Positions 17,439-26,984 of a stretch of 64,000 bases of DNA are shown here, piece after piece. The notes beneath the pieces were generated by a model, which was not told the DNA's origin, did no database searches, and saw only the letters and a program-made list of their open reading frames with translations. The stretch comes from an uncultured Candidatus Saccharibacteria bacterium. GTDB taxonomy: Bacteria; Patescibacteriota; Minisyncoccia; Phycocordibacterales; UBA2100. The stretch lies in contig CAZUVH010000001.1 in the NCBI GenBank assembly GCA_964623775.1, forward strand, positions 284,784 through 348,783, read 5' to 3'. A program made the position numbers and the translations under genes. The stretch's first letter is position 1. Each line of letters opens with the position of its first letter.

Positions 17439-18328
17439 ATCTAAACAAAGGCGTGAAAATAATTGGACAGGGCATAACGGGCAGCGAGGGTTCGCGTGCA
17501 GCTCAGTGGATGCTCGAGTACGGTACGAATCTTGTAGCTGGCGTCACCCCGGGCAAAGGCGGACAGACGGTATGCGGTACGATTCCTGTGTTCAACACGG
17601 TCAAAGAGGCGCAGGATGCAGTAGGACCGATTGACGCCACGGTGGTGTTTGCACCGCCCATGCGGTCCAAAGACGCTGTTGTTGAGGCGATTGATGCGGG
17701 CGTAAAATTGCTAATCGTGATTGCGGAAAAAATCCCGACCCACGACGGCGCCTACATGTATGCGTACGCAAAAAAGCACGGAGCGCAAATCATAGGTCCC
17801 AATACGACTGGCATTGTCAATCCATCAAAAAAGATAAAAGTGGGATTGATGGGCGGCGGTGAGCCGCTCCGGATGTTCCAGCCCGGAGATGTTGCTATCG
17901 TCTCGAAATCAGGAAGCGTGGCTGCCGAAATCGGCGGGATGCTCAAGCGAGCGGGCAGAGGTGTTTCTTGGGCGGTGGGGATCGGCGGAGACAGGATCAT
18001 TGGCTCAACGTACGTGGATATTTTGACCGAGCTTGAAAAGGATGATGATACAAAAATCTCAGTAATTTTTGGAGAGTTGGGCGGTACCTATGAGGAACAG
18101 CTTGCGGTAGCGATAAAGGACGGCAGGATCAAGAAACCGGTCGTTGCATTTATTGCAGGGGAATTTACCGCCTCACTCCCGAGTGAGGTGCAATTTGGAC
18201 ACGCCGGTGCCATAATCGAAGGCGAGCGCGGGAAACCAGAGCATAAAAGAAAAGTGCTTCGCGACTCTGGAGCCCATGTCGCAAATACGATCGATGAGAT
18301 CGTGTCGCTGGTTAAAAAACACATCTAA
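17435..18328 (+). CDS. succinyl-CoA synthetase alpha-subunit-like CoA-binding protein
   Basis: It is collinear with E. coli SucD (KIIGQGITGSEGS…GVTPGKGGQTV…PVFNTVKEA…GPNTTGIVNP…VGIGGD…). The phospho-histidine motif GHAGAII is present. Confidence 0.85.
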   Translation: MNLNKGVKIIGQGITGSEGSRAAQWMLEYGTNLVAGVTPGKGGQTVCGTIPVFNTVKEAQDAVGPIDATVVFAPPMRSKDAVVEAIDAGVKLLIVIAEKIPTHDGAYMYAYAKKHGAQIIGPNTTGIVNPSKKIKVGLMGGGEPLRMFQPGDVAIVSKSGSVAAEIGGMLKRAGRGVSWAVGIGGDRIIGSTYVDILTELEKDDDTKISVIFGELGGTYEEQLAVAIKDGRIKKPVVAFIAGEFTASLPSEVQFGHAGAIIEGERGKPEHKRKVLRDSGAHVANTIDEIVSLVKKHI

Positions 18329-18330
18329 CC

Positions 18331-19014
18331 ATGGCAATCACCATAACGCACAAAGACCCGAACGATGAGACCTCTCCGGCAATGTTTGGAGCACAGGAGC
18401 TGCTTTCGTACGGGAAAACAGCGCGTTTTTCCGAACTCGTGCTGGAGTCGCTCATGGGAGAAAAACCGAGCGACGAGCAGAAACGCATGTTTGATCTCAT
18501 TCTCAATCTTTGTTTTGATCACGGACCAAATTCTCCATCATCTTCGGCAACGATTGCTGCTGCAAAAGAGGGCAAGAGCATGGGGGAAGCGGTTGCTGCG
18601 GGCATTGCACAGATCAACGATAGTCACGGCGGAGCAGGCGAACCGCTCATGAAGATTTTATATTCGATTCAGAGGAGCGAAACGACCGCTCCCGAAATTG
18701 TCGGACAGTATAAAAAAGATGGAAAAAGAATGCCCGGCTATGGCCACAGGGTGTATAAAGACGCTGATCCCAGGGCGCAAGAGCTACTGGCAGAGGTTCG
18801 AAAAATTTCTCACGGCGGCGACTTTGCTGATTATGCCGAAGAAATCCGAAAAGAGATCGAGAATCAGCTCGGAAAAAAATTGCCCATTAATATTGATGGC
18901 GCAATCGCGGTGACACTTTGCGCGCTCGGGATGCCTCCGGAGAGCGGAAAAGCGGTATTCATTGTCGCACGTTCGGCGGGTCTCTGCGCCCACTTCCTCA
19001 ACAACTCGAAATAG
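18331..19014 (+). CDS. citrate-synthase-like domain protein (citryl-CoA lyase / ATP-citrate-lyase C-terminal domain type)
   Basis: It carries citrate synthase signatures (SHGGAGEPLMKIL and PGYGHRVYKDADPRAQ). Only the 227-aa C-terminal CS-like portion is present. Confidence 0.7.
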   Translation: MAITITHKDPNDETSPAMFGAQELLSYGKTARFSELVLESLMGEKPSDEQKRMFDLILNLCFDHGPNSPSSSATIAAAKEGKSMGEAVAAGIAQINDSHGGAGEPLMKILYSIQRSETTAPEIVGQYKKDGKRMPGYGHRVYKDADPRAQELLAEVRKISHGGDFADYAEEIRKEIENQLGKKLPINIDGAIAVTLCALGMPPESGKAVFIVARSAGLCAHFLNNSK

Positions 19015-19074
19015 CGCCCCCGCGTATATTTCCTGGTATTGGCGCACCGCTGTCTCAAGGTGTATTCTCATTAG

Positions 19075-20394
19075 ATGAGAGGAAAGGGAATAAAAAAGTC
19101 TGAGGCCCTCTGGAAAAAGGCACAAAAAGTCGTTCATGGCAGCGTACCGCTCCTGTCTAAAAAGCCGACGCGTTTTTTGCGCGAAGGGTGGCCCGCGTAT
19201 TTCAAAAAGGCAAAAGGAATTCAGGTAACTGATCTTGATGGCAATACATACCTAGATTTTTCTATGATGGGTGTCGGACCAAATCTTCTCGGGTATGCAG
19301 ATGGTGACGTAAATGCTGCGGTCAAAAAAATAGTTGATGCTGGAAATCAGTCGACACTGAATTCACCGGAAGAAGTGGAGCTTGCTGAAGAATTGCTGCG
19401 CCTGCATCCGTGGGCAGGTCAGGTGCGTTATGCGCGTGCAGGCGGTGAAATGGCCGCTGTTGCTATCCGTGTCGCTCGCGCACACACTGGCAAGGATACA
19501 GTCGCTATTTGCGGATACAGCGGCTGGCACGACTGGTATCTCGCCGCAAATCTAGCGAAAGACAAAAATCTTGATGGCCACCTCATGCCGGGGTTACAGC
19601 CAGTGGGAGTGCCTCGCGGATTGCACGGTACTGTGCTCACCTTCAATTACAACCACATCGAAGAGCTCGAAAAAATAGTTGCAGAGCATGAAATCGGCAC
19701 TATTGCTATGGAACCAATGCGTCATCACGAACCGGAAAATGGGTTTCTTCAAAAAGTGCGTGAAATAGCGGATCGGATCGGTGCTGTACTTATCTTCGAC
19801 GAAATATCTTCCGGTTTTCGACTCGGCTTTCCAGGTGCACATACGCGGCTCGGAGTTACTCCCGATATTGTGGTTTACAGTAAGGCGATGGCCAACGGAT
19901 ATCCAATGGCGGCTTTGGTCGGTAAAACTGAGATCATGAAAGAAGCGGAGGCGTCTTTCATCAGCAGTACATTCCACTCCGAGCGATTGGGACCTGCGGC
20001 TGCACTCGCAACAATTAAGAAAATGCGGAAAGTAAAAATAACCCCATACGTCGATACAATGGGCTGGAAGATCGGAAAGATCTGGCAGAGGGTAGGAAAA
20101 AAATACAATTTACCTATTATCGTAGAGGGCCCGGGTGCGCTTATTAATTTCACCTTCGATCACCCCGACGCCACTGCACTTAAGGCCCTCTATACGCAAG
20201 AAATGCTGAAAGAAGGCTATCTCGCCAGCGCAGTCATATACGTAAGTTATGCTCACAAAGAGGCGCATCTTAAGAGTTTTGAAAAGGCGGTTGACCGCGT
20301 GTTCAAATTCCTTACAGAACGCATAGACCAAAAAGACGTCTCCCGGCATCTGAAAGGGGGTTTGCCGGAATCCGGATTTAAGCGACTCACCTAA
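19075..20394 (+). CDS. class III aminotransferase (glutamate-1-semialdehyde 2,1-aminomutase-like)
   Basis: It matches HemL-family aminotransferase III (…VTDLDGNTYLDFSMMGVGPNLLGYADGDV…YARAGGEMAAVAIRVAR…ICGYSGWHDWYL…IFDEISSGFR…VVYSKAMANGYPMAALVG). Confidence 0.8.
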   Translation: MRGKGIKKSEALWKKAQKVVHGSVPLLSKKPTRFLREGWPAYFKKAKGIQVTDLDGNTYLDFSMMGVGPNLLGYADGDVNAAVKKIVDAGNQSTLNSPEEVELAEELLRLHPWAGQVRYARAGGEMAAVAIRVARAHTGKDTVAICGYSGWHDWYLAANLAKDKNLDGHLMPGLQPVGVPRGLHGTVLTFNYNHIEELEKIVAEHEIGTIAMEPMRHHEPENGFLQKVREIADRIGAVLIFDEISSGFRLGFPGAHTRLGVTPDIVVYSKAMANGYPMAALVGKTEIMKEAEASFISSTFHSERLGPAAALATIKKMRKVKITPYVDTMGWKIGKIWQRVGKKYNLPIIVEGPGALINFTFDHPDATALKALYTQEMLKEGYLASAVIYVSYAHKEAHLKSFEKAVDRVFKFLTERIDQKDVSRHLKGGLPESGFKRLT

Positions 20395-20447
20395 GACCCT
20401 TCAGTTACGTTTGAAATGGGGACCCTAATGCTATATAGTGCTTCTCT

Positions 20448-21437
20448 ATGAACTCTAAACACCTCGCAGGGAAGAATATTCTCATAACGGGAGGTACCGG
20501 TACCTTTGGTACTGCGATGACTCGGCACCTTTTGGATACGACCGACGTACGGAGGGTGACTATTTTCAGCAGAGATGAATACAAGCAGAGCGTGATGGCG
20601 GGAAATTTTGGTAACGATCCGAGGCTCAATTTTTTTCTTGGTGATATTCGTGACGCTGCTCGATTGCGTCGCGCTTTCAATCAAATCGATATCGTCATAC
20701 ATGCCGCAGCTCTTAAGCAGGTTCCTGCGCTCGAATATAATCCGACCGAAGCGATTGATACAAACATCACAGGAACGAAAAATGTGATCGATGCCGCGCT
20801 TGATCGAGATGTCGAACGCGTACTCGTTGTTTCCAGCGACAAGGCCGTCCAGCCCGTCAATCTCTATGGCGCTACAAAAATGTGCGCGGAACGCTTGGCA
20901 ATCGCGGCGAACGTATACCGGGGTAAAAAAGGAAAGACGCGTATCAGTGCAGTGCGCTATGGCAACGTGATCGGAAGTCGCGGGTCGCTCATAGAGCTTA
21001 TTGAGAAACAGAGGGCAAGCGGCGTACTGCCACTCACCGATCCGCGTATGACGCGTTTCTGGCTCCATATCGGTGACGTGATGGGACTAGTTACGGAAAT
21101 ACTCGCCATTATGGAAGGTGGCGAGATCTTCGTCCCGAAAATGAAAAGTCTTCGCGTCGAAGATGTGATGCGCGTCGTAGCGCCTGAGTGCAAGATCAAG
21201 GTTGTCGGTATGCGACCCGGAGAAAAGTTGCACGAAACCCTCGTTACAGAGCACGAGGCCACCCGAACCAAAGATATTGGAAATCTCTATGTTGTTTTGC
21301 CGGAATTTCATTCATGGAGCTCGAAAGTTTCAATTTTCGCAAATAAGAGGTCGTTTGACGCAAAGGAGATATACGTGAGCAACAATGAAAAGTATCTGCT
21401 TGGACAAAAGGACGTAAAAAAGATACTCAAACTATAG
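20448..21437 (+). CDS. pseB: UDP-N-acetylglucosamine 4,6-dehydratase (inverting), PseB/FlaA1 type
   Basis: It is collinear with H. pylori PseB (ILITGGTGTFG…FSRDEYKQS…RLNFFLGDIRD…HAAALKQVPALEYNP…DKAVQPVNLYGATKMC…VRYGNVIGSRGS…MTRFW…GGEIFVPKM…GMRPGEKLHE). Confidence 0.85.
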   Translation: MNSKHLAGKNILITGGTGTFGTAMTRHLLDTTDVRRVTIFSRDEYKQSVMAGNFGNDPRLNFFLGDIRDAARLRRAFNQIDIVIHAAALKQVPALEYNPTEAIDTNITGTKNVIDAALDRDVERVLVVSSDKAVQPVNLYGATKMCAERLAIAANVYRGKKGKTRISAVRYGNVIGSRGSLIELIEKQRASGVLPLTDPRMTRFWLHIGDVMGLVTEILAIMEGGEIFVPKMKSLRVEDVMRVVAPECKIKVVGMRPGEKLHETLVTEHEATRTKDIGNLYVVLPEFHSWSSKVSIFANKRSFDAKEIYVSNNEKYLLGQKDVKKILKL

Positions 21438-21475
21438 TTGTTTCGTGATAAGTGGTAGTGCGATACTATCCTGAT

Positions 21476-22396
21476 ATGGCGGATCGGAAATCAAAGCTCG
21501 TACTCGGTACGGTGCAGCTCGGGATGCCGTACGGCGTCAACAACGCTACGGGCCAGCCGTCGATAGACGAAGCCTTTTCAATACTTGATATGGCTTTTGA
21601 CGCGGGGATCGATACTTTCGATACCGCATATGCATACGGGAACTCCGAAGAGGTGATCGGAAAGTGGCTTGTAAACCGGGGTAAAAGAGGTGTGCGCGTC
21701 ATTACGAAATTCATGCCGACCGCGCTCGCTGAAAATCAGCAGGCCTCGCCAGCCGACATCATCGAAGGACAGCTACATACATCTTTGAAACGACTCGGAG
21801 TAGAAAGCGTGGAGGGTTACTTACTCCCCACGCCTCAGTATCTCTATTCGGCTGGCGTAATCGAAGGTCTGCGACACGTAAAAGCCCGGGGCCTTACGCG
21901 CAATATTGGTGTGTCGATTTACGATGAAGAGGACGCTCTCAAGGTTGTTGATATGGGAATCGATTACATTCAAATTTCTTACAATGCGCTTGATCAACGT
22001 CTTGATAAAACAGATTTCTTCCAAAGGGCAGAGCGCAGGGGTGTTACCGTTTTTGCGCGAGGGCCATTTCTTCAGGGACTCCTCCTGATGGACCCTGAAC
22101 AAATCCCTCAGCATCTACTCTACACAAAGGAATACGTAGTTCGTTTTCGAGCGATCGCCCAGAGTCATGCACTTACTCCACACCAGGCAGCACTCATGTT
22201 CGTCTACCGCCAACCAGGTATTGCCCGGATTGTTTTTGGTGTGGAGAAGTTGACGCAACTCGAGGAGGGTCTTGAGTCGGTCAAAATGGCTGAGAAAAGT
22301 TCAGACGACAATCTCGTAGCGGAAATTAGAAACGCGTTTAAGAACATTGACCGCTCAGTGGTCAATCCAACTTTATGGAACAAAAAAAAGAATTAA
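21476..22396 (+). CDS. aldo/keto reductase
   Basis: AKR motifs are present (LGTVQLGMPYG…DTAYAYGNSEEVIGKWL). The start is at MADRKSK. Confidence 0.8.
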   Translation: MADRKSKLVLGTVQLGMPYGVNNATGQPSIDEAFSILDMAFDAGIDTFDTAYAYGNSEEVIGKWLVNRGKRGVRVITKFMPTALAENQQASPADIIEGQLHTSLKRLGVESVEGYLLPTPQYLYSAGVIEGLRHVKARGLTRNIGVSIYDEEDALKVVDMGIDYIQISYNALDQRLDKTDFFQRAERRGVTVFARGPFLQGLLLMDPEQIPQHLLYTKEYVVRFRAIAQSHALTPHQAALMFVYRQPGIARIVFGVEKLTQLEEGLESVKMAEKSSDDNLVAEIRNAFKNIDRSVVNPTLWNKKKN

Positions 22397-22401
22397 GATC
22401 C

Positions 22402-22956
22402 ATGATCGTCGTGCTCGCCTCTGATATTAAAAAAGAGGGTAATTTGTGGGCGCTCGACGAATGGTCGCTCATAAGAGTAGCGGCGGGCGAATGCTTCTAT
22501 AAGAAAGACCCATCGGACCGCGTGATTGTCGTAGGGGGCGGCAGCCCAGGCGACGACCGACCGACGGTGGCCTCTCTCATGAGCCGATATCTCATTGATA
22601 AGGGAGTACCTGAGTCGGCAATAGTGTCTGAAGATACCTCTCTCTCGACGTTGCAGGAGTTGCTGCAAGTGCAAGGTTTTACTGAGGAGACGGGGCCGAA
22701 AGACATCAGTATAATCTCAAGTGAGTGGCATTTAGAGAGAGTTAGAGCCATACTTGAGTACTTTCCAAAGCTCTCAACGCTGAATAAGTCTGCGCCAAGT
22801 TTTCTTGCCGCCGAAGATATACTTTTGCGCGAAAACCCAGTCGAATGGGAAAACTTTATCGAAAAATCACGTAAAAATCCAGAGACGGAAACTCGGCGAG
22901 CCAATGAAAAAAAGGGCGTCGCTCAAATTATCGACGGGACCTATCACTACCGATAG
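22402..22956 (+). CDS. DUF218 (YdcF/SanA/ElyC-like) domain protein
   Basis: The pattern VIVVGGGS…SLMSRYLIDKGVPESAIVSEDTSLST…ISSEWHLERV is typical of DUF218. Confidence 0.55.
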   Translation: MIVVLASDIKKEGNLWALDEWSLIRVAAGECFYKKDPSDRVIVVGGGSPGDDRPTVASLMSRYLIDKGVPESAIVSEDTSLSTLQELLQVQGFTEETGPKDISIISSEWHLERVRAILEYFPKLSTLNKSAPSFLAAEDILLRENPVEWENFIEKSRKNPETETRRANEKKGVAQIIDGTYHYR

Positions 22957-22985
22957 CGCCAATTTACCGGACTCGCAATCAAGTT

Positions 22986-23744
22986 CTATTTCCGGATACC
23001 TTGTCGCGGATATTCTTTTTCATGCAGCGTATTGAGCGCAGCAACATTGGGATTTTGGTCGAGAAATTCTATTACGTCAGGGACGCTGATGATGCGATTT
23101 GACGTAGAGAATCGATCATAGAGCTTCGAAATAAGTTCATAATCTTCCTGATAGTCGAGGGTGAGCCGATATTGTGGACGCGCAAAAATTCCGCGTGCTT
23201 CTACCATCTTCCCGATGCGGAATTCACCCGTTTTGTTTTCATGAATATAAGGGGTCACATGTTCTCGTTCATAGATCTCCCGAGCCTCGGTACACGCCTT
23301 CTCAAGCGCCTTGAATGAAAAGACCTCACAGTCCAATCCGCGCGGAAACGTACGTTCTCCGGGGAGGGCGTTGCTTACGTAATCACATTTCCCATGTTTG
23401 TACACGTCTATGACCTCGGTGATGATACTGGGGTCGAGAAGGGGGCAGTCGCTAGTGATCCGTACGATAGTTTCAATTTTAAATTGCTGTGCAGCGTCGA
23501 AATAGCGCGAAAGAACGTCGTCTCGCGATCCGCGAAAACAAGAATATCTGTTTCGCGAGCAAAAATCGGCAATCGCGTCATCTTCTGTCTCAGTGGTCGT
23601 CGCTACAATGACGGAGTCGATGCCGCGTACCTGTTTGACGCGTTCAATGACATGCTGGAGTACCGGCTTGCCTGCAAGTGATAAAAGCACTTTGCCTGGA
23701 AGACGCGTGGAACTCATGCGAGCTTGGATGATGACTCCGATCAT
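22986..23744 (-). CDS. acylneuraminate cytidylyltransferase family protein (PseF/SpsF-like CMP-sugar synthetase)
   Basis: The N-terminus is MIGVIIQARMSSTRLPGKVL. Further motifs are …VIVATT…FRGS..DVLSRY and …RITSDCPLLD. The start is at M32 of the listed ORF (23744). Confidence 0.75.
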   Translation of the reverse strand: MIGVIIQARMSSTRLPGKVLLSLAGKPVLQHVIERVKQVRGIDSVIVATTTETEDDAIADFCSRNRYSCFRGSRDDVLSRYFDAAQQFKIETIVRITSDCPLLDPSIITEVIDVYKHGKCDYVSNALPGERTFPRGLDCEVFSFKALEKACTEAREIYEREHVTPYIHENKTGEFRIGKMVEARGIFARPQYRLTLDYQEDYELISKLYDRFSTSNRIISVPDVIEFLDQNPNVAALNTLHEKEYPRQGIRK

Positions 23745-23805
23745 GTTGTCACTATATATCCCGAAGCACCTTAGCAAAAGTACACTTGCAAGAGCGGTTA
23801 AATTA

Positions 23806-23834
23806 TTGACAGCATCTACACTGTCCGCTAACGT
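23806..23834 (+). promoter_or_regulatory. candidate sigma70-like promoter (TTGACA-17-TAACGT) for the downstream cytidylyltransferase gene
   Basis: TTGACA lies at 23806–23811. A 17-nt spacer follows, then TAACGT at 23829–23834, 6 nt before ATG 23841. The -10 element is weak. Confidence 0.3.
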
Positions 23835-23840
23835 CACCCT

Positions 23841-24584
23841 ATGTTGACCGCTATAGTGCAGGCGAGGATGTCCTCGACAAGACTCCCCGGGAAAGTTCTA
23901 AAAGAAGTCCACAATAGGCCACTACTTTCCTACCTCATTGAGCGTTTACAGAGGGTGTCTGAAATAGAGAAGATCGTCGTAGCAACCACTGATAGTGTCG
24001 CTGATGATGCGATCGCCGAGTACTGCAAAAAAAATGGAATTTCTGTTTTCCGTGGATCGGAAAACGATGTACTCGATCGTTACATGAAGGCTGCCATGGA
24101 ATACAGCGCAAATCCCATAGTCCGCATCACAGGTGATTGCCCACTACTTGATGTTGATACGGTGCAAAAGCTGATCGAAGTGTATAAAAAAGGTGGGGTC
24201 GATTATGTGGTGACGGGGCAGTCTTTTACTGAGGGATTTGATTGTGAAATTTTTTCCCAAAAAATGCTCGAACTCTCTCATGTAAATGCCACAAAGTCGT
24301 CCGAGCGCGAACATGCAACACTGTATATGTACACTCATCCCGAGGTGTGTAGAAAATTCATCCTTGAAAATTCAACAGACGACAGTAGTTACCGCGTGAC
24401 AGTCGACGAACCGGAGGACTTTGCTGTGGTGAAAACTATCATTGAAGGTATCTATCCGAATAATTCAGAATTCACCGCAGGCGACATTAAAAATTTTTTA
24501 GACTCCCACCCTGAGATCAGAGACCTTAATAAGGGCATTGTTCGGAATGAAGGTCTCCTTAAATCGCTAGCAGATGAGAAGTAA
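23841..24584 (+). CDS. acylneuraminate cytidylyltransferase family protein (PseF/SpsF-like), paralog of 22986–23744, divergently transcribed
   Basis: The N-terminus is MLTAIVQARMSSTRLPGKVL. Further motifs are …VVATT…FRGSENDVLDRY and …RITGDCPLLD. Confidence 0.75.
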   Translation: MLTAIVQARMSSTRLPGKVLKEVHNRPLLSYLIERLQRVSEIEKIVVATTDSVADDAIAEYCKKNGISVFRGSENDVLDRYMKAAMEYSANPIVRITGDCPLLDVDTVQKLIEVYKKGGVDYVVTGQSFTEGFDCEIFSQKMLELSHVNATKSSEREHATLYMYTHPEVCRKFILENSTDDSSYRVTVDEPEDFAVVKTIIEGIYPNNSEFTAGDIKNFLDSHPEIRDLNKGIVRNEGLLKSLADEK

Positions 24585-24594
24585 TTGAAATTTC

Positions 24595-25749
24595 ATGAGT
24601 ATGAAAGAAATCCAATATCGAGATCGCTCTTGTGATTGCTGTGGAAGCGTAGATCTGGAAAAGGTGTGGGACTATACTTACAATGCAAGAACAAAAAATG
24701 AGACGTACTTATGGCAAGTCACGAATGTCATTTGCCAGCATTGTGGTTTCGCGTTCGTCTCTCCGGTCCCTAAGCAGGAGAGCCTTGCTGATTATTACGC
24801 CAACTCCTTTGTTTCGCAGCAGGCGGAATTTTATTATTCCATCTCAAAAAGAGTCCAGCTCATCCGTAAATACACACCCTTGAGAAGGAGATCGCTTTTT
24901 GTCGAGGTGGGAAGCAACAATGACACGAAATTCCAAGAGGAATTAACAAAAGTAGTTGAGTATCACAATGTGGAGATCAATAAAAGCGCAGAAGCAGACT
25001 CTCGATCACTCACTGAGATATTGCCAAATAGCGTTGATATTGCAGCATTGTATTTTGTACTTGAACATATTCCCGACCTGAAAAATTTTCTCGTACAGTG
25101 CAGTGTAGTGTTGAAAGAACACGGAATATTGATCATTGAAGTGCCAGACGCATCCTTGTATGACGAGAGAAATGAAGGCCTTGTATTATGGGAGCACACA
25201 AATCATTTCACACCAAAGACGCTTGAGTATGTAGCCAGTCTCAACGGATTGCAGCTCCTCGAAGCGGGGCATGAGGCGTGCTCAAGAGATTTCGGATTTG
25301 CAGCCGTTTTTGAAAAAAAGACCGGGCCTATCGAGGTTCAAAAACCAGGTGCAGAAGAATACAGAAACACGTTATCGAAAATGCGCGCGGGCGTTAAGAA
25401 ATATGAAATTCGAAACGAAAAACTCAACGAGGTGAGACGCAAGATTGCCGCCACCGCAATCGCGGGAAAAAAAGTAACTTTGTGGGGCGCAACGAGTGTG
25501 TGCCAGGATCTTTTGAGCGGTTATGAATTACCGGAGTCCGTTTCCGTCGTGGACTCTGCTTTGCAAAAGAAGGATTTTTTGTCCGATAAGGGTGTTCAGG
25601 TGCGTTTACCGCAAGACGCATTTGCGCATATCGCGGAGACGGATCTTTTCGTAATAAACACGCAAGATTATAAAGAGGATATCCTTAATGACATCAAAAA
25701 AATGACAGGCAGGACATTAAATGAAAGTGAGTATATAGTGGTCAAATAA
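24595..25749 (+). CDS. C-methyltransferase family protein (TylCIII-like architecture: Zn-ribbon + MTase-like + C-methyltransferase C-terminal domain)
   Basis: The N-terminus has CDCCGS…CQHCG. Motif I is degenerate (LFVEVGSNND). The C-terminal domain (KKVTLWGATSVCQDLL…) resembles the C-terminal domains of the ORFs at 1–995 and 44761–46035. Confidence 0.6.
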   Translation: MSMKEIQYRDRSCDCCGSVDLEKVWDYTYNARTKNETYLWQVTNVICQHCGFAFVSPVPKQESLADYYANSFVSQQAEFYYSISKRVQLIRKYTPLRRRSLFVEVGSNNDTKFQEELTKVVEYHNVEINKSAEADSRSLTEILPNSVDIAALYFVLEHIPDLKNFLVQCSVVLKEHGILIIEVPDASLYDERNEGLVLWEHTNHFTPKTLEYVASLNGLQLLEAGHEACSRDFGFAAVFEKKTGPIEVQKPGAEEYRNTLSKMRAGVKKYEIRNEKLNEVRRKIAATAIAGKKVTLWGATSVCQDLLSGYELPESVSVVDSALQKKDFLSDKGVQVRLPQDAFAHIAETDLFVINTQDYKEDILNDIKKMTGRTLNESEYIVVK

Positions 25750-25769
25750 GGCTGAAATTTCGCTACCAT

Positions 25770-26984
25770 ATGCCCAAAAAGCGCCAAAAAAGAATACTGT
25801 TTATTGGGGCCGGTCCCTACCAAAAAAAGGGGATCGAGACTGCCAAGAAAATGGGTCTGTACGTAATCGCGGCGGATGGCAATCCCAACGCTCCAGGACT
25901 TCCCCTGGCTGATAAGGAATACGATGTCAACGTGACGGATGTAAATGCGAATTTGGAAATCGCGCGAAAGGAAAAGATCGATGGCGTATGTGCCGTAGCA
26001 TCTGATATAAGCATGCGAAGTGTCGCGACCATCAGCGAGATCCTCGGACTTCCCGGGATTTCGCGCGACGTAGCAGAAAGATGTCTTGATAAAGAGCTGA
26101 TGAGAAAGGCATTTGTCGCCGCTGGCGTCCCCTCGCCGAAGTCGTTTGCGGTCTATACAGTGCCCGAATTACTCAAAATCTCCAAACAACTTTCGTTCCC
26201 TGTTGTAATCAAGCCCTCTGACAGTGCCGGAAGCAGGGGAGTGAGAAGGGTGGATAGTCAAAAGGGTCTCAAAGACGCTTTTGAGAATGCAGTCGGACTC
26301 TCCTCGCAAAAAAAGGTGATTATCGAAGAGTTCATGGAAGGTGTTGAATGTTCAGTAGAAGCGTTTGTGGTGGGAGGAGAGATCCACATAATTACACTTT
26401 CCGATAAAGTGCGGACCAAGCCGCCAATCCTCACCGACATTGAGGTCTCTTTCCCCTCGGCCTATCCTGAAAAAATTCAGAAAGAAATTATCGATGTTGC
26501 AAAGCGCGCAATACGAGCAGTGGGCGTCAAGGATGCGCCGATTCACATGGAGCTGATGATGACAAAAAGCGGTCCAGTACCTGTAGAGCTTGCAGCACGC
26601 GGCCCCGGTTTTAAATTGTTTACCGATATCATTCCGGAGGTGACCGGTATAAATGTACTGAAAGCATTGATTGACCTCTCGGTCGGAAAGAAACCTGTCC
26701 TTCGTCGTGCAAAACATAAAGCATCCGTGATCAGATTCTTCTCGACAGAGGTCGCTGGTACGGTGAAGTCAATCGAGGGCGTGGAAGAAATACGGAAAAT
26801 GCGAGGCGTATACGAAATAATCATGTATGTAAATCCAGGTGATCGGGCCCGTGCACTCACGAGCGGACAGGATCGGCTCGGACACATCATTTCTATGGCG
26901 CCGTCTCTCGCGGAAGCTCATACGGTCGTAGAGAGGGCCCTTGCGAGATTATCGATCGAGATTACACCCGATGCTAAAAAATAA
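25770..26984 (+). CDS. ATP-grasp domain protein (carboxylate–amine ligase type)
   Basis: The sequence is RILFIGAGPYQ…LMRKAFVAAGVPSPKSF…SFPVVIKPSDSAGSRGV…IIEEFMEGVECSVEAFVV (pre-ATP-grasp plus ATP-grasp). Confidence 0.75.
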   Translation: MPKKRQKRILFIGAGPYQKKGIETAKKMGLYVIAADGNPNAPGLPLADKEYDVNVTDVNANLEIARKEKIDGVCAVASDISMRSVATISEILGLPGISRDVAERCLDKELMRKAFVAAGVPSPKSFAVYTVPELLKISKQLSFPVVIKPSDSAGSRGVRRVDSQKGLKDAFENAVGLSSQKKVIIEEFMEGVECSVEAFVVGGEIHIITLSDKVRTKPPILTDIEVSFPSAYPEKIQKEIIDVAKRAIRAVGVKDAPIHMELMMTKSGPVPVELAARGPGFKLFTDIIPEVTGINVLKALIDLSVGKKPVLRRAKHKASVIRFFSTEVAGTVKSIEGVEEIRKMRGVYEIIMYVNPGDRARALTSGQDRLGHIISMAPSLAEAHTVVERALARLSIEITPDAKK

